Source of the DNA: a virus
Reading direction: 5' to 3' (one strand)
Virus record (IMG/VR): IMGVR_UViG_3300025128_000015
Coordinates: 1 to 64,000 of that record
DNA: 64,000 nucleotides
In this document: piece after piece, positions 19,746 through 29,726 of the stretch
Position numbering within the stretch: position 1 is the stretch's first letter
How the letters are laid out: each line of letters begins with the position of its first letter
Position numbers and translations under genes: made by a program
Notes under the pieces: generated by a model
What the model saw: only the letters and a program-made list of their open reading frames with translations
What the model was told of the DNA's origin: nothing
Database searches by the model: none

Positions 19746-20130
19746 AATGTTGTTTTTGAAAAAAGCCTGGGCTTGGTTAAAGACTCATTGGTATTTTCCA
19801 ATCTTACTTATTCTTTTAGCAATAACTTATTTTTCAGGTAGAGCTAGAGTAAACAAGGTTCTTAAGATGTTCGAGATTTCTAAAGAGAGTTATGAGAAAC
19901 AAATTGATGTTATCAATAAATCTCACGAACAAGAACTCAAAAAACAAGAAGAGCTTTATAGTACCTATATAAGCACAATGAAGAAGTTAGAGAAAGACCA
20001 TGAAACTAACTTGGACTCATTAGACAAAGAAAAAAAGAAAAAGCTTGATGAAATGGTAAAGAAATATAAAGGAACACCAGAGGAATTGGCTGAAGATCTA
20101 AGTAACATGTTTGGAGTTAACAATGGTTAA
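19732..20130 (+). CDS. Membrane-anchored coiled-coil protein (i-spanin-like topology)
   Basis: N-terminal TM segment (WYFPILLILLAITYF) followed by a charged helical region; likely start ATG 19747. Confidence 0.45.
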   Translation: MEATKMLFLKKAWAWLKTHWYFPILLILLAITYFSGRARVNKVLKMFEISKESYEKQIDVINKSHEQELKKQEELYSTYISTMKKLEKDHETNLDSLDKEKKKKLDEMVKKYKGTPEELAEDLSNMFGVNNG

Positions 20131-20608
20131 GAATATAGTTGCTCTCTTTATGAGCGCTTTAATGATATTGATACCTTTCCACTCTTATGCAGGACAACAA
20201 GATCCGGATAATTCTTTGGGCATTGAAGGCCGACTTTTGTATATTGGTAAAGGCGACAAGACCCCATTTGCAGGAATCTTATTTGACATCCCTGCAGCCA
20301 CTAAGTTGAAAATAGACAAGCAGTTTATGTTGTTGAAGTTCGATTTGGAAAAAGATTTTTTAAGAAAGAAGTTGAACGCAGAACACACACTAGCGATATC
20401 TAAGATACAAATAAAATACGACACGCTACAGTCTAAGACAGATTCATTATTAAAAATAAAAACTGAAGAAATAAACCGTTTACAGACCCTAGTTAAGAAA
20501 GAAACGCGAAGCAATTCGCACTGGTGGTTTGTGGGAGGCATTATAGCAGGGTGTCTATTTTCTCTTGGTATTTACTACGCCGCCGTTGAAGTTAATAAAA
20601 ATCAATAA
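20111..20608 (+). CDS. Signal peptide + coiled coil + C-terminal TM protein
   Basis: Likely start ATG 20123 (SD GGAG); signal ending ...HSYA; C-terminal WWFVGGIIAGCLFSLGIYYAAV. Confidence 0.5.
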   Translation: MELTMVKNIVALFMSALMILIPFHSYAGQQDPDNSLGIEGRLLYIGKGDKTPFAGILFDIPAATKLKIDKQFMLLKFDLEKDFLRKKLNAEHTLAISKIQIKYDTLQSKTDSLLKIKTEEINRLQTLVKKETRSNSHWWFVGGIIAGCLFSLGIYYAAVEVNKNQ

Positions 20609-20620
20609 GGAAGTAAAAAC

Positions 20621-21397
20621 ATGTCTAGAAGCAGTCGTCGCGGTGCCGCCAGAAACTTTTCTTTTAAGAAATTAAAGCGTCATATTAAAAAGCATTCCGG
20701 CGCGAACCTGCAATTCATATTAGAAGATGACGACGGAACTGAAGTATCAGTAAGTCCAGACAAAGAAGTTAAGTATATTTCTGGCGGCGGCCTTAAAATT
20801 GATTGGACGAATACAAGTAACGGTACAGATGCTGATCCATACGATCTAACTTTAACTGTTGATCCAACTGACGCTGCAGAAGTAAGTATTGTAGCCAACG
20901 ACTATGTTTTAATATCCGATTCTTCAGATAGTAACGCTGTGAAGAAAGCCCAAGTTGGATATGCGTGGGATGGAAACAGGTTTTATGTCAATGGTAAAAT
21001 TGGAATTGGTGTTGATTCTCCAACATATGCTTTAGATCTTCCTAATACTAGCGGAGTGGCAGGACAAGCAAGAGCGAATGCTTTTGTGACCTATTCATCT
21101 AAAAGATTAAAGAAGAATATTAATCAAATTAAAGAACCTTTAAACATAGTAAACAATCTTACCGGTGTAACATTCGACTGGAAAGATACAAACAAAACAG
21201 AAATAGGTTTGATAGCAGAAGAGGTACATAAAGTTTTACCTGAGATTGTTGCCTATCATAATAACCAACCAGCTGCTTTGGATTATCCAAAGTTAACAGC
21301 GTTGTTAATCGAATGTGTGAAGGAACTACAAGCTAAAGTAAACTTTTTAGAAAAAAAGTTTTTGCCTCACGATACTGATATTAAAGAAGAAAGATAA
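20621..21397 (+). CDS. Short fibre/spike protein with peptidase S74 intramolecular chaperone
   Basis: GKIGIGVDSPTYALDL; YSSKRLKKNI...GVTFDWK...IGLIAEEV...LDYPKLTALLIECVKEL. Confidence 0.8.
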   Translation: MSRSSRRGAARNFSFKKLKRHIKKHSGANLQFILEDDDGTEVSVSPDKEVKYISGGGLKIDWTNTSNGTDADPYDLTLTVDPTDAAEVSIVANDYVLISDSSDSNAVKKAQVGYAWDGNRFYVNGKIGIGVDSPTYALDLPNTSGVAGQARANAFVTYSSKRLKKNINQIKEPLNIVNNLTGVTFDWKDTNKTEIGLIAEEVHKVLPEIVAYHNNQPAALDYPKLTALLIECVKELQAKVNFLEKKFLPHDTDIKEER

Positions 21398-21526
21398 TTT
21401 GTAATTAATTTTTCATTTTTGTAGCAGAAGAATCCGGTCTGTGCATACTACTTAAATGCGACAGGCGCACTCGTGCGTCTTGTGTTCTTGCTATAGAATA
21501 AACATAACTTATGGAGGGATTAATTT

Positions 21527-24500
21527 ATGGCTACAACTTATGGATTAGCGGCCGAATTTCAGGCGCTATTGAATACAGAGATTCCAACTGGAGCAAATGA
21601 TAAGGCGTTTTTATACGCTTCAGGCTCCGGAGCGGACGCAGCTTTGTATGCTAAACTTGGGGACAATACCCAGGTAGCGCTCATGACATCCGGATTTTCG
21701 CTACAAGATACTGCTAATGGCGGTATCGCAGATTTTACTTATGACGGTACTGCAGACGTAACTGTCAAGGTCGACCCAACTAACGCTACTGCTATTACGG
21801 CAGTTGCTGATGGCGACCTTGTTCTTGTCGCTGACGCATCTGACAGCAACAATCTTAAAAAGATTACTCGTGCTCACTTTATCGAGTCTGCCGCTCTTGA
21901 TTCTATCAATATTGACGGTGGCGCAATTGACGGCACACCGATTGGAGCCAGTAGTGCAGCTGCTGGTACGTTCACTACAATCGTTGGTACCAAGATGAGC
22001 GCTTCTAGTGACTTAAACGTCGTTGGAAATGCTTTCGTAGAAGGTACAATGAATGTCACTGGAGCCGCTAGCTTCGCTGGCAGCGTAGATCTCGGTGACG
22101 CTACAGGTGATACTATCACTGCTACAGGTCGTTTCGATTCTGACTTAGTACCAAGTACTGACGGAGCCCGCGATCTCGGAGCATCTTCTCTTGAATGGAA
22201 AGATCTTTACATAGATGGTGTTGCTTACATCGATAGTCTTCAAGCTGACTCCCTTGGTGCAGCTCTTGATGCTAACAACCAGGCGATCACCAATATTAAT
22301 GTAGACTCCGGTGCTATTGATGGCGCCACCATCGGCGCTAACAGTGCCGCAGCCGGCACTTTTGCTGCTCTTGTGGCAACTTCTATGTCAGCTTCAGCCG
22401 ACCTTAACGTTGTCGGAAGCGCTTTCGTTGAAGGTTCTCTTAACGTTACTGGTGCTTTAAATCTTGCAGGCGCTCTCGCCGCTTCTGCACTTAGCGCCTC
22501 TGGCGACCTTAACGTTGTCGGTTCTGCTTTCGTGGAGACCAACATGAATGTCACAGGCAATCTTGTTGTTAACGGTGACGTTGATTTAGGTAATGCAACC
22601 AGTGATACAATTACGGCCACTGGACGCTTCGATTCGGATCTTGTTCCAAGCACTGATGGAGCCCGTGACCTCGGTGCATCCAGTCTTGAGTGGAAAGATC
22701 TCTACCTCGACGGTGTTGCTTACATCGATGACCTTCGTGCCGACGCACTTGGTGCTGCACTCAACTGTGCAAGCCAAGCGATGACAAACATCAATGTCGA
22801 CTCCGGCGCAATTGATGGTGTTACAATTGGTACAAACTCGGCTGCAACTCGTGGAGTATTTACTCACCTAACTGCTTCACACATGAAAATTGATAACAAC
22901 TTAATTGTTGTTGGAGATCTTCAGGTACAAGGTAATATTGATAGCATTACTGTTACTCAAAATACTTTAGAAGTTACAGATAAGCTTATTATCGCTGGTG
23001 CATCTGGATCGTCTGCTGCTGTAAGCGGTGGTGGTCTTATGATTGGTGGTAGTGATCTTGCAAACGATGAAGTTGCTTCTGTTCTTTGGGATCACGGCAA
23101 TAGTGCACTTGACTTCAATATCGGTACTACAACTGAAATGCGTCTTCAAAATGGTGTACTCCGCCCTGAGACAGACAATGACATTGATTTAGGTGCATCT
23201 GGTGCTGAGTTTAAGGACCTTTACCTTGATGGCGTTGCTTACATCGATGACCTTCGTGCTGACGCTCTCGGCGCCGCCTTAGACTGCGCATCGCAAGCTA
23301 TGACTAACATCAACGTAGACTCAGGTGCTATTGATGGAACTACCATCGGCGCTAACAGTGCTGCAGCCGGTACATTCGCTGCCGTTGTAGCAACTTCGAT
23401 GAGTGCCTCGGCCGACCTCAATGTCGTCGGAAGTGCTTTCGTTGAAGGGTCGCTTAATGTTACTGGTGCTTTAAATCTTGCTGGTGCACTTGCTGCTTCC
23501 GCACTTAGCTCTTCTGGTGATCTTAACGTTGTTGGTTCTGCTTTCGTAGAAACTAACTTAAACGTCACCGGTAACGCTGTTGTACAGGGCAGCTTAACAG
23601 CAAACGGTACAGTCCAGCTCGGTAATGCCTCATCTGATGTTGTTACTGTGACTTCACAGTTAACAGCTTCTGAAGGTGTTGGGTTTGGTGCTAATAGCTC
23701 GGCTGACATGACTGCAGGTGCAGTTGATATCCTCATGAAAGATAACGAAGCCGCCGCACTAGAGATTAAACAAGGTTCGACTAACTACCTGACGTTCCGA
23801 ACAACTAACAGCCAAGAGGCTATCGTTTTCGGTTCTAATGACGTCACTTCGGTTATTCCATCTGTCGACAGCGCTGTTGCTCTTGGCCACTCTTCTTACG
23901 CTTGGTCCAGCCTTACTGTAGATGCAATTGATCTTAATGGTCAAGGAAACATTAGTATGGGTGGTACCGGTCGTATTGATCTCGATGCTGATGATGATAC
24001 TTCTATCCGCGCTTCTGCTGATGATGTTATTACTTTCGAAGTTGCTGGTGCTGATGAATTCCAGATGAGTGCAAATATGTTCGGTCCTGCTTCGGCAGAC
24101 GGAGCTTCTCTCGGTGGAGCAAGCAACGAGTGGTCTGACCTTTACCTTGCAGACGCAGGTGTGATCTACTTCGGTAGTGACCAGGATATCCTCCTGACAC
24201 ACGATGCTGATCAGGGGCTCACAATTGAGCAGGGTACAGATGCTGCTGGTGATCCAATTCTTACTCTTAAGACTGTTGGTGATCTTGCTAGCGGTGCTGA
24301 GCTTAAGTTTGCTCTTGATAATGGTGCAGGCGAAGCTGACGATGATCAACTTGGTGTGATTTCGTTCTACGGTGACGACGATGGTGACAACGCGACTAAG
24401 TACGCTCAAATCAAAGTCTTAGCTGAAGACGTAACTGATACTGAAGAAGATGGTAGTATTACTCTTTCTGCTTTGGTTGCAGGTACACTGCGTGATATCA

Positions 24501-24883
24501 TGGTCATTGGAGATATTGCCGCCAATAGTGCAGGTGTTACATTACCTAACAACAGCACGTATGGTACTATGAAGGCACACTCCTACGTCACTTACTCGGA
24601 TGAAAATCTTAAGACTAATATCCAGCCAGTTGAGAATGCTCTTGATAAGGTTAAGAACCTTCAAGGTGTGACATACGACTGGAAGAGTGACGGATCCAGT
24701 GATATTGGTTTCATTGCTCAGGAAGTTGAAAAAGTTATACCTCAGATTGTTAAATCTAGTGGCACCGAAGGTAGCTACGCGATGAACTATTCTCGCGTAA
24801 CCGCCCTCCTCGTCGAAGGTATTAAAGAACAGCAGGCTCAAATTGAGAACTTGAAAAATGCTCTTGCTAGCATTAAAAAGTAA
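21527..24883 (+). CDS. Long tail fibre with internal repeats and C-terminal peptidase S74 chaperone
   Basis: 1118 aa, Ala/Gly/Asp-rich with repeated modules; C-terminus YSDENLKTNI...GVTYDWK...IGFIAQEV...MNYSRVTALLVEGIKEQQ. Confidence 0.88.
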   Translation: MATTYGLAAEFQALLNTEIPTGANDKAFLYASGSGADAALYAKLGDNTQVALMTSGFSLQDTANGGIADFTYDGTADVTVKVDPTNATAITAVADGDLVLVADASDSNNLKKITRAHFIESAALDSINIDGGAIDGTPIGASSAAAGTFTTIVGTKMSASSDLNVVGNAFVEGTMNVTGAASFAGSVDLGDATGDTITATGRFDSDLVPSTDGARDLGASSLEWKDLYIDGVAYIDSLQADSLGAALDANNQAITNINVDSGAIDGATIGANSAAAGTFAALVATSMSASADLNVVGSAFVEGSLNVTGALNLAGALAASALSASGDLNVVGSAFVETNMNVTGNLVVNGDVDLGNATSDTITATGRFDSDLVPSTDGARDLGASSLEWKDLYLDGVAYIDDLRADALGAALNCASQAMTNINVDSGAIDGVTIGTNSAATRGVFTHLTASHMKIDNNLIVVGDLQVQGNIDSITVTQNTLEVTDKLIIAGASGSSAAVSGGGLMIGGSDLANDEVASVLWDHGNSALDFNIGTTTEMRLQNGVLRPETDNDIDLGASGAEFKDLYLDGVAYIDDLRADALGAALDCASQAMTNINVDSGAIDGTTIGANSAAAGTFAAVVATSMSASADLNVVGSAFVEGSLNVTGALNLAGALAASALSSSGDLNVVGSAFVETNLNVTGNAVVQGSLTANGTVQLGNASSDVVTVTSQLTASEGVGFGANSSADMTAGAVDILMKDNEAAALEIKQGSTNYLTFRTTNSQEAIVFGSNDVTSVIPSVDSAVALGHSSYAWSSLTVDAIDLNGQGNISMGGTGRIDLDADDDTSIRASADDVITFEVAGADEFQMSANMFGPASADGASLGGASNEWSDLYLADAGVIYFGSDQDILLTHDADQGLTIEQGTDAAGDPILTLKTVGDLASGAELKFALDNGAGEADDDQLGVISFYGDDDGDNATKYAQIKVLAEDVTDTEEDGSITLSALVAGTLRDIMVIGDIAANSAGVTLPNNSTYGTMKAHSYVTYSDENLKTNIQPVENALDKVKNLQGVTYDWKSDGSSDIGFIAQEVEKVIPQIVKSSGTEGSYAMNYSRVTALLVEGIKEQQAQIENLKNALASIKK
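21950..23580 (+). repeat. Intragenic modular repeats in the tail fibre
   Basis: Five copies of SASxDLNVVGxAFVExxxNVTG (about 22001, 22391, 22496, 23405, 23510) and three of DLGASxxExKDLYxDGVAYID...TNINVDSGAIDG (about 22170, 22665, 23185). Confidence 0.85.
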
Positions 24884-24905
24884 GTTGTTCTAGTTTCTTA
24901 GTGAA

Positions 24906-24940
24906 AAGGTCGGTAGCTCGCTGCCGGCCTTTTCTATTTA
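24906..24940 (+). terminator. Intrinsic terminator after the tail fibre gene
   Basis: AAGGTCGGTAGC-TC-GCTGCCGGCCTT hairpin followed by TTCTATTTA. Confidence 0.6.
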
Positions 24941-24959
24941 CTATAAAGGATAGTATACT

Positions 24960-25232
24960 ATGTCGCTTACGCTTAAAGAAAGAAACAGAGAATTAATCTT
25001 GAGTGTTATTAAGCAAGCAGATCCAAATTACGAAGTAAAAGATAATGTTTATTATGTTGGCTCTAAAGCTTTTGTAGCGAATTCTGTGATACAGTGGTTA
25101 CTAGATAAGGTGGACACCGGCGAGTTTAAAGCAGAAAGTGCACAATTTTACATCGATGCGGTTAACAAATACATCGTTGGTGAGGTAAACTTACGTTGGG
25201 TTGATGATGATCTGATAATAGAGGGAATATGA
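24960..25232 (+). CDS. Hypothetical protein
   Basis: 90 aa; SD AAGGA; late-type motif at 24933. Confidence 0.6.
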   Translation: MSLTLKERNRELILSVIKQADPNYEVKDNVYYVGSKAFVANSVIQWLLDKVDTGEFKAESAQFYIDAVNKYIVGEVNLRWVDDDLIIEGI

Positions 25233-25615
25233 AAGATAAAGATTGGGACTATATAGCAAAAGTTGAAAAAGCCATAGCAAAGAAATATGGCAAAGAAGCT
25301 GTACAAAATCCAAAAGCCTTATGGGATGAGGAAAAAGAAAAGGAATATATCGAACAGCTTAAAGAAATGGTTGCGAAAGAGCAGATATCTGAAGAGTCGG
25401 CCGAAAAGGCTGAAATCAATGGTTTTTTAGTTACCAAAAAACTACTTACTAAGGAAACAAACAGAAAATGTCCTGTATGCGACAATTTTTCATTTAAGAT
25501 TAAAGATGATGTATATATGTTAAAATTTGAATGCTGCTTCAATTGTTATGTAGAACATATCGAAGGTAGAGAAGAACGATGGCTTTCTGGTTGGAGACCA
25601 AAAGGAGATAAATAA
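25229..25615 (+). CDS. Hypothetical protein with C-terminal Zn finger
   Basis: CPVC...CCFNC motif; ATGA overlap with the upstream gene. Confidence 0.65.
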   Translation: MKDKDWDYIAKVEKAIAKKYGKEAVQNPKALWDEEKEKEYIEQLKEMVAKEQISEESAEKAEINGFLVTKKLLTKETNRKCPVCDNFSFKIKDDVYMLKFECCFNCYVEHIEGREERWLSGWRPKGDK

Positions 25616-26178
25616 TGTCACAAGCAAACTTAGAAATTATACGTGGTGTCGCTCAGGCTGCTGCCGGTTGTTACGACGGCGCCCTTGACGATGAGGGAAA
25701 TCCAGTCAAGATTGGGCTCAAAAGAGAAGAGGGGAATCCTATCTTAAGCTCCAGAAACGTCGATGGATTCAAGGTTAAATTTCATGGAGATAAACTAATG
25801 TGTACCTATCAGTCAGATATTAAATTAAAAGACGTTTACAAAGGTAACTTAGAAAATGAAATGGAACAAACAATGAATGATATTGTTAGCCACCTTAAAA
25901 AGCAATACAAAAAAATCACCGGCAGTGCATTGACACTAACACCACAAGGTGAGGTTGATTGTTTGGTTCAGTCTACTTCAAGAGTTAGAGTATTTGTGAC
26001 AGCTAACAAATCCTACAAAGTAGGTGGATTAGACTCTGTTGGCTCTGTAGCAGACGATTCTAAAGACAGCCTTGACTCTTCGTTTAGAAGCTTTCTGGAC
26101 CAAGGTGGTTTTGGAAACGCTCCTAAAAACAAAAACCAAAAAGGTGGACAAGGTAAAGACAGTCAGAAGGACGGTTGA
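25615..26178 (+). CDS. Hypothetical protein immediately upstream of terminase
   Basis: 187 aa; TAATG coupling; SD GGAG. Confidence 0.65.
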   Translation: MSQANLEIIRGVAQAAAGCYDGALDDEGNPVKIGLKREEGNPILSSRNVDGFKVKFHGDKLMCTYQSDIKLKDVYKGNLENEMEQTMNDIVSHLKKQYKKITGSALTLTPQGEVDCLVQSTSRVRVFVTANKSYKVGGLDSVGSVADDSKDSLDSSFRSFLDQGGFGNAPKNKNQKGGQGKDSQKDG

Positions 26179-26183
26179 TACAC

Positions 26184-27767
26184 ATGAGTTATCAACTCTC
26201 TAAAGAAGAAGTTGTTAAGGAGATAATTAAGTGCGGAAAGGATGCAACTTATTTTATAAATAATTATGCTAAGATATCACACCCGCTTTTGGGACTGATA
26301 CCTTTCAACACTTATGATTTTCAAGACGAGCTTATAAATGATTTTAATGATCACCGATTCAATCTTATCCTTAAAGCACGCCAGTTAGGTATATCTACAA
26401 TTACAGCAGCATATGTTGCGTGGTTGATGATGTTTCGTCGAGATAAGAACGTGCTAGTTATGGCCACTAAATTTGGTACGGCCTCTAACTTAGTTAAGAA
26501 AGTTAAAAGTATTCACAAAAACTTACCGGACTGGATGAAGATTGCCAAGATTATAATCGATAACAGGACTTCGTTCGAACTTTCTAACGGTTCACAAATT
26601 AAAGCATCGTCGACGTCTGCAGATGCAGGTCGTTCTGAGGCTCTTTCTTTACTAGTAATTGACGAGGCCGCGCACGTTGAAGGCTTAGATGAACTATGGA
26701 CTGGTCTGTATCCTACACTCTCAACTGGTGGACGATGTATCGCTCTTTCTACTCCAAATGGCGTTGGTAATTGGTTCCACCAGTCTTGTGTTGACGCACA
26801 AGCATCTAAGAACGATTTTAAAATCACAACACTGCCTTGGGACGTACATCCTGATCGAGATCAAGCTTGGTTTGAGAATGAGACTAAAAACATGTCGCGA
26901 CGACAGATCGCTCAGGAATTAGAATGCAACTTTAATATGTCTGGAGAAACAGTTTTTCATCCGGAAGATATGATATTCTTGGAAGCAAATATTAAAGATC
27001 CAAAGCACAGAACTGGTTTTGACAGGAACTTTTGGATATGGGAAGAGCATGATCCTAAATTTACTTATCTTTTATCTGCCGATGTTGCAAGAGGAGACGG
27101 CAATGATCACTCTGCTTTTCATATATTCAAAATAGAAACAATGGAGATTGTCGCTGATTATCAAGGTAAGGCAACACCAGACATTTTTTCTAATTTAATT
27201 GATAGTGCCGGCCGAGAGTACGGAGAGTGTATGATCGCCGTTGAAAATAACTCTGTCGGCTTTGCTGTACTTGAGAAACTAAGAGACAAAGGATACCCAA
27301 ATATATACTATTCTTATAAATCCTCTCATGAGTATGTTGACCCTATAACAGCAGAGTATTCTAGTGGTACCGTTGCAGGTTTTTCTACCACCCAAAAAAC
27401 TCGCCCTCTTATCGTTGCGAAGATGGAAGAATTTATACGCAACAAACTAATTAAGATATATTCTAGTAGGTTATTTAATGAAATGAAAACTTTCGTATGG
27501 CACAATGGACGCCCCCAGGCGATGAAAAAATATAATGACGATCTAATCATGTCCTGTGCCATCGGATGTTGGGTTAAGGACATTGCTTTTACAGTTAATC
27601 AAAGAGACCTACAATATAAAAAAGCTTTCTTAAATTCTATGACAAAATCTGATAATATACTCAGTACTGCAATAAAAGGTATGGAAGGTTATAAAACCAA
27701 CAGTACTAAAGAATTAGAGAAGAAAAAGAAAAAGCAGGATAAATATATTTGGCTTCTAAAAGGATAG
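26184..27767 (+). CDS. terL: Terminase large subunit (gp17-like)
   Basis: Walker A LKARQLGIST, Walker B LVIDEAAH, coupling motif LSTPNG, nuclease motifs ADVARGDGND and NDDLIMS. The track start is 26175 (TTG); ATG 26184 is preferred. Confidence 0.95.
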   Translation: MSYQLSKEEVVKEIIKCGKDATYFINNYAKISHPLLGLIPFNTYDFQDELINDFNDHRFNLILKARQLGISTITAAYVAWLMMFRRDKNVLVMATKFGTASNLVKKVKSIHKNLPDWMKIAKIIIDNRTSFELSNGSQIKASSTSADAGRSEALSLLVIDEAAHVEGLDELWTGLYPTLSTGGRCIALSTPNGVGNWFHQSCVDAQASKNDFKITTLPWDVHPDRDQAWFENETKNMSRRQIAQELECNFNMSGETVFHPEDMIFLEANIKDPKHRTGFDRNFWIWEEHDPKFTYLLSADVARGDGNDHSAFHIFKIETMEIVADYQGKATPDIFSNLIDSAGREYGECMIAVENNSVGFAVLEKLRDKGYPNIYYSYKSSHEYVDPITAEYSSGTVAGFSTTQKTRPLIVAKMEEFIRNKLIKIYSSRLFNEMKTFVWHNGRPQAMKKYNDDLIMSCAIGCWVKDIAFTVNQRDLQYKKAFLNSMTKSDNILSTAIKGMEGYKTNSTKELEKKKKKQDKYIWLLKG

Positions 27768-27773
27768 TAAAAA

Positions 27774-29726
27774 ATGGCCGACAACAAAAGAAACCCTAGA
27801 AATAACGACAGTACATTATTCAGACAGTTAACACGATTGTTTTCTGGACCAATTGTCAATTACAGGAAGCAAATTCCTCGACAGTTAAAAAGAAGACAGC
27901 TAGATAATTATAAATTTAGATCATCCGGTGGACAGAACTTTAAAAAATCTGGTTATAGTCCATATGACAAGATGCAGGCTAATTTCTTTGCGGCTCAGGC
28001 AAGGGCTGATAGATACGTTGACTTCGACCAGATGGAATACACACCAGAAATTGCCTCTGCATTAGACATATATGCTGATGAAATGACAACAGCCACGGTT
28101 CTTCGTCCAATGATGGATATTAAATGCAACAACGAAGAGATCAAATCAGTGTTGGACGCTTTATACAACAATGTATTAAATCTAGATTCTAATTTGTTTG
28201 GATGGTGTCGTACCATGTGTAAATATGGCGACTTCTTTTTGTATCTCGACATCGATGATAAACAAGGAATTAAACACGCCACCGGACTTCCTTCTACTGA
28301 GGTAGAAAGATTAGAAGCAGAAGACAAAACAAATCCAAATTATGTACAATTTCAGTGGAACTCCGGAGGAATTACATTTGAAAATTGGCAGGTCGGACAT
28401 TTTAGAATCTTAGGTAATGATAAGTATTCTCCATATGGAACTTCGGTTCTTGAGCCTGCAAGAAGAATATGGCGCCAGCTAACTCTTTTAGAAGATGCTA
28501 TGATGGCTTACAGAATCGTTCGCTCACCAGAGAGAAGAGTATTTTATGTTGATGTTGGAAATATTGCACCAGAAGATGTCGAACAATATGTGCAAAAAGT
28601 CATGACTCAAATGAAACGAAACCAAATCGTCGATATTGATTCTGGACGTGTTGATCTTCGTTATAATCCTATGAGCGTTGAGGAAGATTATTTCATCCCG
28701 GTAAGAGGAAACCAATCCTCTAGGGTTGAAAGCCTTCCAGGAGGTACATATACTGGCGATATTGATGATGTTAAGTATCTAAGAGACAAACTCTTTGCAG
28801 CACTTAAGATTCCTGCCTCATATCTATCTAGAGCGGATGGAGCAGAGGAAGATAAAACAACTCTTGCACAAAAAGACATTCGTTTTGCTAGAACGGTCCA
28901 GCGTCTTCAGAGAGCTGTTGTTGCCGAGCTAGAAAAGATTGGCATTATTCACTTATTTACTTTGGGTTATCGCGGAGCAGACTTGCTTTCTTTTAAACTA
29001 AAGCTTAATAACCCTTCTAAGATTGCAGAGTTACAAGAATTAGAACACTGGAGAACTAAGTTTGACGTCGCTGCAGCGGCCACAGAAGGATTCTTTAGTA
29101 AACATTGGATCGCTGATAACATTTTCGGTATGTCAGAAGAATCATTGTTGAAAATGCAAAGAGAGATGTATCACGACAAGAAGTTCGAAGCTTCTCTTTC
29201 TAAGGCTGTTGAAGCGATGGCATCGGCACCTCCACCCGGTATGGATGCCGGAGGAGGAGGTGGAGGGCTTCCTCCGATGCCAGGATCCGACGCACCGCCC
29301 ACTGACGCTCCTCTGCCTGCAGATCCAGCCGCAGCCCCACCAGGCGAAGGTCCACCAGCAGAAGGCGGCGATAGCCCGCTTCTCGTAGCACCTCCGGGAG
29401 AACCAACAGCCCCCCCAGGAGGAGCAGAGGGAGGAGACGTTCCACCACCACCGGCCAAAAGAGATGATGGCAGTTATTTAACTGCAGGATCAAACGGCAA
29501 ATACTATAAGAAAAAAACACATTCCGATCACTATCGAGGAAGAAGGCTTATGTCTATGAAAGCTCAAGGAACCCCCGGCTATAAAGATTTAAATTCGCTA
29601 GGTAAGGGAATATATGAGAATTTAGATTCTACTTATATAATGGAAGAACAAAAAATTATTCAAAGCTCGCAAGAAATTAAAGCTCTAATTGAAAGGATGG
29701 AAGCAAAAGATGATGATGAAGTATAA
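27774..29726 (+). CDS. Portal protein (gp20-like) with Pro/Gly-rich C-terminal extension
   Basis: YRIVRSPERRVFYVDVGN, EEDYFIPVRG, LPGG...IDDVKYLRDKLFAALKIP, DIRFAR; directly after terL. Confidence 0.95.
   Translation: MADNKRNPRNNDSTLFRQLTRLFSGPIVNYRKQIPRQLKRRQLDNYKFRSSGGQNFKKSGYSPYDKMQANFFAAQARADRYVDFDQMEYTPEIASALDIYADEMTTATVLRPMMDIKCNNEEIKSVLDALYNNVLNLDSNLFGWCRTMCKYGDFFLYLDIDDKQGIKHATGLPSTEVERLEAEDKTNPNYVQFQWNSGGITFENWQVGHFRILGNDKYSPYGTSVLEPARRIWRQLTLLEDAMMAYRIVRSPERRVFYVDVGNIAPEDVEQYVQKVMTQMKRNQIVDIDSGRVDLRYNPMSVEEDYFIPVRGNQSSRVESLPGGTYTGDIDDVKYLRDKLFAALKIPASYLSRADGAEEDKTTLAQKDIRFARTVQRLQRAVVAELEKIGIIHLFTLGYRGADLLSFKLKLNNPSKIAELQELEHWRTKFDVAAAATEGFFSKHWIADNIFGMSEESLLKMQREMYHDKKFEASLSKAVEAMASAPPPGMDAGGGGGGLPPMPGSDAPPTDAPLPADPAAAPPGEGPPAEGGDSPLLVAPPGEPTAPPGGAEGGDVPPPPAKRDDGSYLTAGSNGKYYKKKTHSDHYRGRRLMSMKAQGTPGYKDLNSLGKGIYENLDSTYIMEEQKIIQSSQEIKALIERMEAKDDDEV

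Noticed and set aside
21950-23580. Diversity-generating retroelement template/variable repeat in the fibre gene
   Set aside because: Repeat copies differ mainly at synonymous positions rather than at adenines specifically, all lie in frame within one gene, and there is no reverse transcriptase in the window.
21874-24841. Many minus-strand ORFs (up to 216 aa) opposite the tail fibre, and others opposite the MCP, sheath, protease and portal genes
   Set aside because: They are antisense shadows of strongly biased + strand codons, with no SD, promoter or recognisable motif.
26184-27767. Inteins or introns in terminase, primase, RecA or polymerase
   Set aside because: Lengths and motif spacing are normal or short, with no intein splice motifs or homing endonuclease signatures.
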